A stretch of 25,033 nt of DNA, taken from positions 1 through 25,033 of the forward strand of contig JAXJWR010000239.1 in the NCBI GenBank assembly GCA_036307905.1, given 5' to 3'. The DNA comes from Acutalibacteraceae bacterium. GTDB lineage: Bacteria > Bacillota > Clostridia > Oscillospirales > Acutalibacteraceae. Of this stretch, positions 1 to 9,749 are shown in pieces. The notes under the pieces are model-generated. The model saw only the letters and a program-made list of their open reading frames with translations. It did no database searches and had not been told where the DNA came from. The translations under genes were made by a program, and so were the position numbers. Each line of letters starts with the position of its first letter. The first letter of the stretch is position 1.

Positions 1-2
1 AT

Positions 3-1067
3 GCTGCACAGAGCTGCTCTGTACCTGCAGGCGGTGCTCTGGCCGTTGACAGATATGCCTTTTCTGACTTCATTTCTAATAGAATTAAAAGTCATCCCGG
101 AATTGAAATTGTCAGCCGAATAGTGGAAAAAATCCCTAAGGATGCTCCTTGTATTATCGCAACAGGACCACTTACGGACGGAGCCTTAGCTGATGAAATT
201 AAAAAATACTGCGGTAGCGAAGGCTTAAGCTTTTATGATGCAGCCGCACCGATAGTTACTGCAGAAAGCATTGATATGTCAGTAGCCTTTCGTGCTTCTC
301 GCTATGATAAGGGTGATGCCGACTATATCAACTGCCCGATGAATAAAGAGGAATATGAGGCATTTCACACTGCACTCGTCGGTGCCGAGTCGGCCGAGCT
401 TCACTCTTTCGATAAGAATATTAACGTTTATGAAGGGTGTATGCCTGTTGAAATACTGGCAAAGAGGGGAGTCGATTCTATCCGTTTCGGTCCGCTTAAG
501 CCCGTTGGTCTGCGCGACCCGAGAACGGGTAATCGTCCTTGGGCGGTTGTTCAGCTTAGAAGCGAAAACAGCGAAGGAACCCTTTATAATCTGGTAGGTT
601 TCCAGACTAATCTAAAGTTTGGCGAGCAGAAACGTGTTTTTTCGATGATTCCCGGACTTCAGAATGCAGAATTTATGCGTTATGGAGTAATGCATCGAAA
701 TTCCTTTATTGATTCGCCTCGTCTATTGAATAATAATCTTTCATTGAAGGCAAATAACAATATTTTCTTTGCCGGTCAGATTACCGGTGTCGAAGGATAT
801 ATGGAATCTGCGGCCTGTGGAATTATTGCGGCAGAAAATATGATTAGGCATCTAAAAGGGGAGTCTGCTTTAAAACTTCCCGAATTCACCATGTTGGGAG
901 CTTTAATACGATACATCACAAATCCCGATGTTGTTGATTTTCAGCCAATGGGCGCAAATTTCGGTATTATTCCTCCTTTGGAAACCAGAATTAGAGATAA
1001 AGCTGAAAGATATACTGCCCTTTCACAGCGCTCGCTAAAATGGTATGATGAAAATTTTATTAACTGA
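3..1067 (+). CDS. trmFO: Folate/FAD-dependent tRNA (uracil-54-C5)-methyltransferase TrmFO (Gid), 5'-truncated by the window edge
   Basis: The frame is open from position 3 (AAQSCSVPAGGALAVDR...) into the ORF called at 123. Motifs: IIATGPLT, FYDAAAPIV, YINCPM, EGCMPVE, FGPLKPVGL, VGFQTNLKFGEQ, RYGVMHRN, FFAGQITGVEGYMESAA, FQPMGANFG. Confidence 0.95.
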   Translation, partial: AAQSCSVPAGGALAVDRYAFSDFISNRIKSHPGIEIVSRIVEKIPKDAPCIIATGPLTDGALADEIKKYCGSEGLSFYDAAAPIVTAESIDMSVAFRASRYDKGDADYINCPMNKEEYEAFHTALVGAESAELHSFDKNINVYEGCMPVEILAKRGVDSIRFGPLKPVGLRDPRTGNRPWAVVQLRSENSEGTLYNLVGFQTNLKFGEQKRVFSMIPGLQNAEFMRYGVMHRNSFIDSPRLLNNNLSLKANNNIFFAGQITGVEGYMESAACGIIAAENMIRHLKGESALKLPEFTMLGALIRYITNPDVVDFQPMGANFGIIPPLETRIRDKAERYTALSQRSLKWYDENFIN

Positions 1068-1082
1068 TTTAAGGAGTTTATT

Positions 1083-2081
1083 ATGAGAATTGTTGTGGAT
1101 GCATTTGGCGGAGATAACGCGCCTCTCGAAATTATAAAAGGTGCGGCTTTGGCCGAAAAAGAGTATGGAGTACATATAATTCTTTGCGGTAATGAAGATG
1201 TTATAAATTCCTGCATTGCCGAAAACGACATTAAGTTTAACGAGCTTGAAATCGTAAATGCAACCGACGTTATTTCAATGCACGATGATCCTACTTCTCT
1301 GCTCAAGGCTCATAAGGATTCTTCCATGGCAGTTGCATTTCGTGAACTTGCAGAAGGCAGAGCCGATGCGTTTGTTTCGGCGGGCAGTACAGGTGCAGTA
1401 GTAGTTGGCGGAACCTTTATTGTTAAAAGAATCAAAGGTGTAAAGCGTCCCGCACTTGCTGCCATGCTTCCTTCTCCCGATTCTCATTATATGATGATGG
1501 ATATTGGTGCAAATGCAGAGTGCAGACCTGAAATGCTTTTGCAGTTCGGTGTTATGGCCAGCGCATATCTTGAAAAGGTCGAAAATATCAAAAATCCTAC
1601 TGTTGGTCTGCTTAATATCGGCGCCGAGGAAACAAAGGGAACCGAGCTTCAGAAGGAAGCCTACAAGCTTCTTAACGACAGCGAGCTTAACTTTATCGGT
1701 AACGTTGAATCCCGCGATTTACCTGCAGGAGTTTGTAATGCCGTAATTACCGATGGCTATACAGGCAATATAGCCCTTAAACTTATAGAGGGTACGGCAT
1801 TAACGCTTTTCTCAATGCTTCGCCCCGTGTTTACCGCTAATTTCTTTACTAAAATGTCCTATCTTATTCTTAAAAAAGGATTAAGAGGAGTTAAAAATAA
1901 GATGAATGCAGGTGAGGTTGGCGGAGCTCCGCTTCTTGGAACGAAGAAGCCTGTGTTTAAAGCTCACGGCAATTCAGATGCATTTGCCTTCAAAAATGCA
2001 ATTCACAAGGCAATGCTATTTGCTCAAAATGATGTTATAGGAACTATTGAAAATAGTTTCTCTGAAAAGGAAAATGTGTAA
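1083..2081 (+). CDS. plsX: Phosphate acyltransferase PlsX
   Basis: MRIVVDAFGGDNAP start, VSAGSTGA, IKGVKRPAL, DIGANAE, GLLNIGAEETKG, DGYTGNIALK, GGAPLLG, KAHGNS. SD AAGGAG upstream. Confidence 0.96.
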   Translation: MRIVVDAFGGDNAPLEIIKGAALAEKEYGVHIILCGNEDVINSCIAENDIKFNELEIVNATDVISMHDDPTSLLKAHKDSSMAVAFRELAEGRADAFVSAGSTGAVVVGGTFIVKRIKGVKRPALAAMLPSPDSHYMMMDIGANAECRPEMLLQFGVMASAYLEKVENIKNPTVGLLNIGAEETKGTELQKEAYKLLNDSELNFIGNVESRDLPAGVCNAVITDGYTGNIALKLIEGTALTLFSMLRPVFTANFFTKMSYLILKKGLRGVKNKMNAGEVGGAPLLGTKKPVFKAHGNSDAFAFKNAIHKAMLFAQNDVIGTIENSFSEKENV

Positions 2082-2082
2082 A

Positions 2083-2763
2083 ATGAAAAATTTCGAGGAA
2101 TATCTCGGATATAAATTTAAAAATTCAGATTTGCTTAAGAATGCGTTAGCTCATTCCTCCTACGCAAATGAAGTTCATTCAAAGAATGGTTCTAACGAAC
2201 GTCTCGAGTTTTTAGGCGATTCGGTACTTTCTATTATTGTTTCTGAATACCTTTTTAATAACTATAAGGAACTTCCTGAAGGGGAGCTTACCGAACTTCG
2301 TGCATCTCTGGTTTGCGAAAAAACGCTATGCATTTTTGCTAAAGAATTGCATATTGGTGATTTTTTGCTGCTGGGAAAAGGAGAAGCGCAAAACCACGGT
2401 AACGAAAGAGCTTCCATACTGGCTGATGCTTTTGAAGCTGTTCTTGCTGCAATTTTTTTAGATGGCGGTATGGAAGTTGCAAAAAAACACGTTTTAAGGT
2501 TTGTAATTCCCGAGCTTGAAAATAGGGAGTTCGAACTATTCAAGGATTATAAAACCTCTCTTCAAGAGGTTATCCAGCGTAATCCTGAAGAAAGACTTAC
2601 CTATGTGCTAATCGACGAAAGTGGTCCCGATCACGACAAAAGATTTACCGTGGAGGTCCACCTTAATTCAAACGTTATTGGTACCGGCTCAGGCCGCAGT
2701 AAGAAACAAGCCGAACAGCAAGCTGCTCGTCAAGCTCTCAAACTAATGGGAATTGACGTATGA
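2083..2763 (+). CDS. rnc: Ribonuclease III
   Basis: ALAHSSY, signature NERLEFLGDSVL, LADAFEAVLAAIFLD, C-terminal dsRBD (DYKTSLQE...GPDHDKRF...GSGRSKKQAEQQAA). Start placed at ATG 2083 just after the plsX stop. ATG 2074 is an alternative. The track's 2047 start is unlikely. Confidence 0.96.
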   Translation: MKNFEEYLGYKFKNSDLLKNALAHSSYANEVHSKNGSNERLEFLGDSVLSIIVSEYLFNNYKELPEGELTELRASLVCEKTLCIFAKELHIGDFLLLGKGEAQNHGNERASILADAFEAVLAAIFLDGGMEVAKKHVLRFVIPELENREFELFKDYKTSLQEVIQRNPEERLTYVLIDESGPDHDKRFTVEVHLNSNVIGTGSGRSKKQAEQQAARQALKLMGIDV

Positions 2764-3749
2764 GTCACAGTAATATAGCAATTTTTGTTCCCCATCTTGG
2801 GTGTCCGCACCAATGCTCCTTCTGTAATCAAAAACACATTACGGGACAAAGCATACAGCCGACTAAACAGGATATAGAAAAAGCAGTTGCTACGGCAGTT
2901 TCTTCGAATCGATTTGATTCTAAGGCGGCCGAAATTGCTTTTTTTGGCGGTAGTTTTACAGCAATTGACCGTAACTATATGATAGAACTGCTTGAATGTG
3001 CATATTCATATGTTGCTAATGGTGTGGTTTCAGGAATACGAGTTTCTACCAGGCCCGACTGTATTGACGCTGAAATTCTTGATATACTCAAAAAATACGG
3101 TGTTACCGCTATTGAGTTGGGCGCTCAAAGTATGGTTGATTCGGTACTCGTTTCAAATAACAGGGGTCACAGAGCTGAAGACGTTGTAAATGCATCAAAC
3201 CAAGTTAAATCATATGGTTTCGAACTTGGCCTCCAGATGATGACGGGACTCTATACCAGTAGCGATGAGCTTGATATTATCACCGCCGAGCGACTAATTG
3301 AATTAAAGCCTAATACTGTAAGAATTTATCCAACGATTATTCTCAAAAACACCGAACTTGAACAGCGTTTTGTTAGTGGTGAATATAAACCCGCTGACAT
3401 TGAAAGTGCGGTTAAATTGGCTGCACTTCTTGATGATATGTTTGTGTCAAACGGCATTAAGGTTATACGTATCGGTTTGCATTCAATAGACGAATCTGCT
3501 TACGTAGCAGGACCGTGGCATCCTGCTTTTCGCGAGCTTTGTGATTCTATGCAGTTTAGAAATAAGCTTGAAAAACAGCTCATATCCGGTCATAGTTATG
3601 AGGTGTTGGTATCTCCGAAAGCTCTTTCTAAGGCTATTGGACAAAAGAAGGCCAATATTGATTATTTTTTAAGCAAAAACATAGAAATAGTTTTTAAAAC
3701 ACAAGATGGAATAAATCCTTTAAATTTTATTGTTAAGGAAGTGAAATAG
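2760..3749 (+). CDS. Radical SAM protein, Elp3/YhcC-related, without an acetyltransferase domain; function unknown
   Basis: CxxxCxxC motif (GCPHQCSFC), AFFGGSFT, IRVSTRPD, IELGAQS, RGH, RIYPT, AGPWHPAFREL. ATGA overlap with the rnc stop. Confidence 0.85.
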   Translation: MSHSNIAIFVPHLGCPHQCSFCNQKHITGQSIQPTKQDIEKAVATAVSSNRFDSKAAEIAFFGGSFTAIDRNYMIELLECAYSYVANGVVSGIRVSTRPDCIDAEILDILKKYGVTAIELGAQSMVDSVLVSNNRGHRAEDVVNASNQVKSYGFELGLQMMTGLYTSSDELDIITAERLIELKPNTVRIYPTIILKNTELEQRFVSGEYKPADIESAVKLAALLDDMFVSNGIKVIRIGLHSIDESAYVAGPWHPAFRELCDSMQFRNKLEKQLISGHSYEVLVSPKALSKAIGQKKANIDYFLSKNIEIVFKTQDGINPLNFIVKEVK

Positions 3750-3750
3750 T

Positions 3751-6700
3751 ATGCTCTTGACCTCAATTCAGATTCAGGGATTTAAATCCTTTGCCGACAA
3801 AACCGTACTTAAGTTTGGCAGGGGAGTTACAGCCGTTGTCGGACCTAACGGTAGCGGTAAAAGTAATATTTCTGATGCTGTTAGATGGGTTTTGGGTGAG
3901 CAGTCTACAAAAAGTCTGCGCGGACAGTCAATGGAGGACGTAATTTTCGGCGGTACTGCCGATCGAAAGCCACACGGTTTTTGTGAAGTTACTCTAAACA
4001 TTGATAATGCAGATCGAGAGCTTAATTTTGATAACGATTTTGTTTCGGTTACCAGAAGGTATTACCGCTCCCACGATAGCGAATATCTTATTAATGGAAA
4101 TATCGTTCGTTTAAAAGACGTTCACGAATTATTTATGGATACAGGACTTGGTCGTGACGGTTATTCGATGATCGGCCAAGGTAAGATTGACAGTATAATA
4201 AGTTCTAAATCTCAGGAGCGCCGCGATATATTTGAAGAGGCCTCCGGAATTTCCAGATATAGATATAGAAAAACCGATGCAGAAAGAAAACTTGCTTCTG
4301 CAGAGGATAATCTTGTGCGCCTTCTTGACATTATGAAGGAGCTTGAAGACAGAATTGGTCCTCTTTCTGAACAGAGTAAAAAGGCAGAACGCTTTTTGGA
4401 ACTTGCTGCCTCTAAGCGTGAACTAGAAATTGGTCTTTGGCTTAACGTTTTGGATAATTCCAAGAATAATCTTCGCGTTCAGGATGACAAGATAGCTATT
4501 GCCCAAGCTCACTATAAAGAAATCGAAGACAAACTTCTAGGATTTGATGAACTTTCCGAAAAATGTTCGGCTGATTTTGCCCGTTTTACTGCAGAAATCG
4601 ACGAGAGAAGAAAGCGTATTTCAACCTATAACGAAAGTGTAGCCAAACTTTTGGGCGATATTTCGGTTCTTAATAATGATATTCTTCACAACGAAGAGTC
4701 CATTAAGCGTCTTTTAGGCGAAATTGAAGAAATAAATTCGTCCTCCGAAACAAGCGCACAAGAAATTGCAAACAAACGCGCTGAAGCCGACGTTAAAAAG
4801 ATAGAAATTGAGGCACTTCGTAATAAACTTGCCGACACTGAAAAGAAACTTTCCGACCTTCTTTTAAGCAGCGATAGCCTTTCCAGAAAGATAGAGTCTG
4901 ACGTCTTGTTGCTTAACGGCATTACTACCCGTATTTCGGATGCAAGGGTAGAGGCAATGAGTTCTTCTGCTACCGTTGATGAGCTTCTTGCCAGGAAGAT
5001 TGTTATAAATAACCTTATAGAAAAGCACACATCTGAATGTATCGAGCTTGAGAAAGAGTTTGCTGAAGTTAATGCACTTCTTGATAAAGTAGAGGAAGAT
5101 ATTCTTTCGTACGAGAATTCCTTAAAGGGTTATCGACTGCGCCTTGAAAACCGCAAGGAGTCTGCTGATTCTAATAAGGAAAAGCTTGATAAAATACGTC
5201 TTGAAACCGAGGCTAAAAAGCATAAAGTCCAAATACTTGAAGATCTGGAAAAGAATATGGAAGGCTTTAATCATTCGGTTAAAACCGTAATGAAGGAAAG
5301 CGAAAACGGCCATATTCGTGGAGTTTTAGGCCCGATTCTCAGACTTTTAACGGTTGACAAGGAGTATGCGGTTGCTATTGAAACTGCCCTTGGAAATGCG
5401 GCTCAGAACATAGTCGTTGACAATGAAGGAACAGCGAAATACGCCATTGAAATGCTTAAGAAAACGTCCTCCGGACGAGCAACATTCCTTCCAATTTCTT
5501 CCGTAAAATCTAGAGAGTTTAAAGAATCAGGATTTGAAGACGAATATGGATATGTGGGTATTGCAAGTGACCTTGTTAAATGCGATTCCAAGATTAGTGA
5601 GATTGTTAAATATCTTCTTGGCGGGACCGTTGTTGTTGAAGATATTGACAGTGCTATTTCCATTTCTAAAAAGTTTAAAAACCGTTTTAAGGTTGTATCT
5701 CTCGACGGACAGGTTATAAATGCAGGAGGATCAATTACAGGTGGTTCTCTTATTAAAAATGCAGGACTTCTTTCCAGAGGAGCTGATATTGAGCGTCTTA
5801 AGGGAGAAATAGATTCTCTTTTAAATAAGGAAAAAGATGCTGCCGATGCATATAATAACTCGTTGTCTGAACTTTCCAAATGTGAAGCACAAATTCGATC
5901 TTCGGAAGATGTGCTTAAATCTCTTGCCGAGGATAAAATACGCGCATTAGGTGAGCTTAAGCGCGTTGGCGAGCTTCGCGATGCATCCCAAAATCAGATA
6001 AATATGCTCAGCGAAGAATTGCGTGCTTCCGAAGAAAAGATAAACGGACTTAAACTTATTATTGAGTCCTCGGATAAGCTAATTGAAGAACTCGAACTCG
6101 AGAAGAATGAAATTGAAGCTAAAATTACCGAGTTATCCGGTGGTAGGGATAACATTTCCGCTGAGCGCGATGCTATTACTGCGGAAATTACAGAAATTAA
6201 GCTTAAGATAATCGAAACCGAGAAGGATGTAGAAAATCTTATTGCCGCTGCAGTTTCGCTTGAAATTAGTGATAGCAACAGAGCAGAGCGTATTGAGGCA
6301 ATAAATCAAGAAATTGCCGAGCTTAACTGCAAAAACGATGAAATCAAGGCTTCAATTCAGTCTGTTAATGATAATATTACAGCTCTGCGAAGTTCCTGTA
6401 AGGAATTTGAAGCCGAAATAATTTCCTTCACAGAGCGCAGAGATGAGATTGAAAAATCTACCGTTGAAATCAGAGCAGGTGAGAAGGAGCTTACCCTTCA
6501 GCGCGAAAAGATCAGCGGCGATCTTGCCCGTATGACCGAGCGCAGAGAGAATATGGTCAAAGAATGTGACGAGGTAATAAGACAGCTCTTCGATGAGTAT
6601 CAACTCACAAAAACAGAGGCTGAAGCTACCGGTATACGAATTGAAAATCCTGCTGAAGCCAAGAAAACCCTGGTCGAAATCAAGTCAAAAATCAGAGGAC

Positions 6701-7329
6701 TTGGCAACGTAAACGTTTCGGCCATCGAAGAGTACAAAGAGGTTAACGAACGCTACACCTTTATGAAGGAGCAGATTGCCGACGTTCAAAAGGCCAAGGA
6801 TGAGCTGCATAAGCTAATCAATCAGCTTACCGACCAAATGAAGGAGCTCTTTATTATTGGCTTTAACAAGATTGGCGAAAACTTCTCTAAAACCTTTGCC
6901 GATTTGTTTGGCGGCGGAACTGCAAAGCTTGTTCTAACTGATCCCGATAACGTGCTTGAAAGCGGAATTGATATTGTTGCCAAACTGCCCGGTAAAAACG
7001 TGCCCAGTCTTGATGGCCTTTCAGGTGGTGAGAAAGCTCTCATTGCTTTAGCAATATACTTTGCTATTATGAGGGTAAATGCTCCGCCATTCTGTTTCCT
7101 CGACGAGGTAGATACTGCTCTCGACGATATTAACGTTGACCGCTTTGCAGACTATATGAGTAAATCTGAGTTTTCTACACAGTTTATTTGTATTACTCAC
7201 CGTCGCGGCACGATGGAGGCTGCAGATATGCTTTATGGCGTAACAATGCAGGAAAAGGGTATTTCCAAACTGCTCGAGCTTAACGTAGCCGAACTAGAAA
7301 AGCAGTTAAAACTTGAAAACAGGAGATAA
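3751..7329 (+). CDS. smc: Chromosome segregation ATPase SMC
   Basis: GFKSFAD, Walker A GPNGSGKSN, long coiled coils, hinge (GRATFLP, GGSITGG), signature LSGGEK, Walker B/D-loop FLDEVDTALD, ITHR. 1192 aa. Confidence 0.98.
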   Translation: MLLTSIQIQGFKSFADKTVLKFGRGVTAVVGPNGSGKSNISDAVRWVLGEQSTKSLRGQSMEDVIFGGTADRKPHGFCEVTLNIDNADRELNFDNDFVSVTRRYYRSHDSEYLINGNIVRLKDVHELFMDTGLGRDGYSMIGQGKIDSIISSKSQERRDIFEEASGISRYRYRKTDAERKLASAEDNLVRLLDIMKELEDRIGPLSEQSKKAERFLELAASKRELEIGLWLNVLDNSKNNLRVQDDKIAIAQAHYKEIEDKLLGFDELSEKCSADFARFTAEIDERRKRISTYNESVAKLLGDISVLNNDILHNEESIKRLLGEIEEINSSSETSAQEIANKRAEADVKKIEIEALRNKLADTEKKLSDLLLSSDSLSRKIESDVLLLNGITTRISDARVEAMSSSATVDELLARKIVINNLIEKHTSECIELEKEFAEVNALLDKVEEDILSYENSLKGYRLRLENRKESADSNKEKLDKIRLETEAKKHKVQILEDLEKNMEGFNHSVKTVMKESENGHIRGVLGPILRLLTVDKEYAVAIETALGNAAQNIVVDNEGTAKYAIEMLKKTSSGRATFLPISSVKSREFKESGFEDEYGYVGIASDLVKCDSKISEIVKYLLGGTVVVEDIDSAISISKKFKNRFKVVSLDGQVINAGGSITGGSLIKNAGLLSRGADIERLKGEIDSLLNKEKDAADAYNNSLSELSKCEAQIRSSEDVLKSLAEDKIRALGELKRVGELRDASQNQINMLSEELRASEEKINGLKLIIESSDKLIEELELEKNEIEAKITELSGGRDNISAERDAITAEITEIKLKIIETEKDVENLIAAAVSLEISDSNRAERIEAINQEIAELNCKNDEIKASIQSVNDNITALRSSCKEFEAEIISFTERRDEIEKSTVEIRAGEKELTLQREKISGDLARMTERRENMVKECDEVIRQLFDEYQLTKTEAEATGIRIENPAEAKKTLVEIKSKIRGLGNVNVSAIEEYKEVNERYTFMKEQIADVQKAKDELHKLINQLTDQMKELFIIGFNKIGENFSKTFADLFGGGTAKLVLTDPDNVLESGIDIVAKLPGKNVPSLDGLSGGEKALIALAIYFAIMRVNAPPFCFLDEVDTALDDINVDRFADYMSKSEFSTQFICITHRRGTMEAADMLYGVTMQEKGISKLLELNVAELEKQLKLENRR

Positions 7330-7332
7330 TAT

Positions 7333-8241
7333 ATGGGCTTTTTTGATAAAATTAAACAAGGCCTTTCAAAGACCAGAAACGCTCTTCTTGATTCGGTCAA
7401 CAGCGTTATCAGTTCCTTTACAAAAATTGACGAAGACCTTATAGAGGAACTTGAAGAGATACTCATAACCTCGGATATTGGTGTTAATACCGCTTCGGAT
7501 GTATGTGAGAGACTGCGCGCTAGGATCAAAGAAAACAGAGAAACCGATCCTTCAAGAATTGTGGTTCTTCTTAAAGAAATCCTTTATGAGATGACCGAAG
7601 GAGACACATCTTTAAAACTTGATACAAAGCCTTCTGTAATAATGGTAATCGGAGTAAACGGTGTGGGTAAAACCACAACCATCGGCAAACTTTCAGCTCA
7701 GCTCAAAGCAGAGGGTAAAAACGTAATGCTCGCTGCTGCCGATACCTTCAGAGCAGCTGCAATAGATCAGCTGGCCCTTTGGGCCGATCGTGCCGATGTA
7801 CATCTTGTTAAAAACGTTCCCGGTACCGATCCGGCTTCTGTTATATTTGATGCTATTGCATCGGCAAAGGCAAAGGGCGCTGACGTTCTTATATGCGATA
7901 CTGCAGGTCGACTTCATAACAAGAAGAACCTTATGGACGAGCTTGCGAAAATGTATCGTGTAATTGGTCGCGAGCTGCCCGATGCAAGTATTGAAGCATT
8001 ATTGGTGCTGGATGCTACTACAGGTCAGAATGCTGTAAATCAGGCAAAGCAGTTTAGCTCGGTTACAGATCTTACGGGAATAGTGCTCACCAAACTTGAC
8101 GGTACTGCTAAAGGCGGTGTTGTTATATCTATCAGTAACGACCTTAACATTCCCGTAAAATATATAGGTGTCGGTGAACAAATCGACGATCTCAGACCGT
8201 TCGATAATAAAATGTTTATAGATGCCTTATTTGAGGAGTAA
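7333..8241 (+). CDS. ftsY: Signal recognition particle receptor FtsY
   Basis: GVNGVGKTTTIGKL, DTFRAAAIDQL, DTAGRLHNKKNLM, DATTGQNA, TKLDGTAKGG, GVGEQIDDLRPF. Confidence 0.97.
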   Translation: MGFFDKIKQGLSKTRNALLDSVNSVISSFTKIDEDLIEELEEILITSDIGVNTASDVCERLRARIKENRETDPSRIVVLLKEILYEMTEGDTSLKLDTKPSVIMVIGVNGVGKTTTIGKLSAQLKAEGKNVMLAAADTFRAAAIDQLALWADRADVHLVKNVPGTDPASVIFDAIASAKAKGADVLICDTAGRLHNKKNLMDELAKMYRVIGRELPDASIEALLVLDATTGQNAVNQAKQFSSVTDLTGIVLTKLDGTAKGGVVISISNDLNIPVKYIGVGEQIDDLRPFDNKMFIDALFEE

Positions 8242-8249
8242 TATAGCTT

Positions 8250-8846
8250 ATGAAATTTTTCTTGGCTAGTAAAAACAAACATAAAATTGCAGAATTTAGC
8301 CGTATTTTGTCTCCGCTGGGGGTAGAGATTATATCAGAAGCTGATTTAGATACTCCTATTGACGACGTAGAGGAAACCGGCACAACCTTTGAAGAAAATG
8401 CCTTTATTAAAGCAGAGGCTGCTGTAAATGCACTTGGCCTGCCCTCCATTGCTGACGATTCCGGTCTTTGTGTTGATTATCTTAATGGTGAACCCGGCAT
8501 CTACTCTGCAAGATTTGCAGGTGAACCTGTAGACAACAACAAAAATAATCAGAAATTGCTTTCGCTTCTAAATGGCGTCGAGCACGAAAAACGAACAGCT
8601 AAATTTGTTTGCTGTATTGCTTGCGTTTTTCCCGATGGCCGCAGATTGTACGTAACAGGCGAGTGTCACGGACATATTGCAACTGAAAAAATCGGTAATA
8701 ACGGTTTTGGATATGATCCCCTTTTTATTTCCGAAATTGGTTGTTTTGGCACACTAAACGATGCTGAAAAGGATTCTGTTAGCCATCGTGGCAGAGCACT
8801 TACTAAGTTTTCCGAGATTATCGGAGAATATATGAAAGAGGTATAA
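8250..8846 (+). CDS. rdgB: RdgB/HAM1 non-canonical purine NTP pyrophosphatase (dITP/XTP)
   Basis: ASKNKHKIAEF, ETGTTFEENAFIKA, ADDSGLCV, PGIYSARF, GFGYDPLF, SHRGRAL. Confidence 0.95.
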   Translation: MKFFLASKNKHKIAEFSRILSPLGVEIISEADLDTPIDDVEETGTTFEENAFIKAEAAVNALGLPSIADDSGLCVDYLNGEPGIYSARFAGEPVDNNKNNQKLLSLLNGVEHEKRTAKFVCCIACVFPDGRRLYVTGECHGHIATEKIGNNGFGYDPLFISEIGCFGTLNDAEKDSVSHRGRALTKFSEIIGEYMKEV

Positions 8847-8848
8847 AT

Positions 8849-9142
8849 ATGCTTAATTCCAGACAAAGAGCACAGCTCAGAGGTCTTGCAAATACTATGG
8901 AGACCATATTTCAGGTCGGTAAAGGCGGTATTAACGACCAGCTTATAAAGCAGGTTGCAGATGCACTTGAAGCACGTGAACTTATAAAGCTTCGCGTACT
9001 GGAAACATCACCCGTAACCTCTCGTGAAGCTGCAGATTTTATTGCCGAAAAGGTAAATGCGGACGTCGTTCAGGTTATCGGCTATCGCTTTGTCCTCTAT
9101 AAGGAGAGCAAAGAGAATAAGTCTATTCAGCTTGTAAAATAA
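8849..9142 (+). CDS. yhbY: YhbY/CRM-domain RNA-binding ribosome assembly protein
   Basis: RQRAQLRGLA, QVGKGG, ALEARELIKL, VVQVIG..FVLY. 97 aa, in the usual position before nadD. Confidence 0.93.
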   Translation: MLNSRQRAQLRGLANTMETIFQVGKGGINDQLIKQVADALEARELIKLRVLETSPVTSREAADFIAEKVNADVVQVIGYRFVLYKESKENKSIQLVK

Positions 9143-9143
9143 T

Positions 9144-9749
9144 ATGGGTATGATTGCTGTATTCGGTGGAACTTTTAACCCCATCCACCAAGGCCATATT
9201 GATATGCTGAACTGTTTGTGCGATTTGGATTTTATTGATAAGGTAATCCTTATTCCTACGAAAATCCCTCCGCATAAAACTGTTAGTTACCTTGCAAATG
9301 AAGAAGATCGTCTGGAAATGTGCAGACTAGCATCTTGCGGTAAAGAGAAGGTGATTATCAGCAATATTGAACTTGCCCGTGAAGGCAAAAGCTACACAGT
9401 CGACACTGTTTTATCACTGAAAAAACAATATCCTAACAACAAAATTGCCATAACTGTCGGCGCAGATATGCTGGTCACTTTCGATAAATGGAAGGACTAT
9501 TTGACCATACTGAATAACGCTACGATAATCACTTTTTTTCGTAACGACACAGAACGTGAGCTTTATATTTGTTGGGTAGACAAGCTTAAATCACTCGGTG
9601 CTGAACTGATTGTCATTGATATGGACGTTGCAGACGTATCTTCAACCCTTGTTCGTGATAAAATAGCGTGCGGCGAATCGGTGGAGGGTCTTATAAGCGA
9701 TGAAGTATACGGTTATATTAAGCAAAAAGGTCTTTATGGTGAAATGTAA
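9144..9749 (+). CDS. nadD: Nicotinate-nucleotide adenylyltransferase
   Basis: VFGGTFNPIHQGH (HxGH), PPHK, SYTVDT, GAD...W, VSSTLVR, YIKQKGLY. ATG 9150 is an alternative start. Confidence 0.93.
   Translation: MGMIAVFGGTFNPIHQGHIDMLNCLCDLDFIDKVILIPTKIPPHKTVSYLANEEDRLEMCRLASCGKEKVIISNIELAREGKSYTVDTVLSLKKQYPNNKIAITVGADMLVTFDKWKDYLTILNNATIITFFRNDTERELYICWVDKLKSLGAELIVIDMDVADVSSTLVRDKIACGESVEGLISDEVYGYIKQKGLYGEM

Noticed and set aside
2047..2082. N-terminal extensions in the ORF track for rnc (2047), uvrC (18479), ackA (21633) and the GalK-like gene (22858)
   Set aside because: Downstream ATGs match the family N-termini and/or have better SD spacing. The extensions come from longest-ORF calling.
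3751..7329. SMC protein as a Wadjet/JetC, SbcC or other defence ATPase
   Set aside because: Canonical SMC hinge and head motifs in the standard rnc-smc-ftsY context, with no jetABD or sbcD nearby. scpAB are normally encoded elsewhere.
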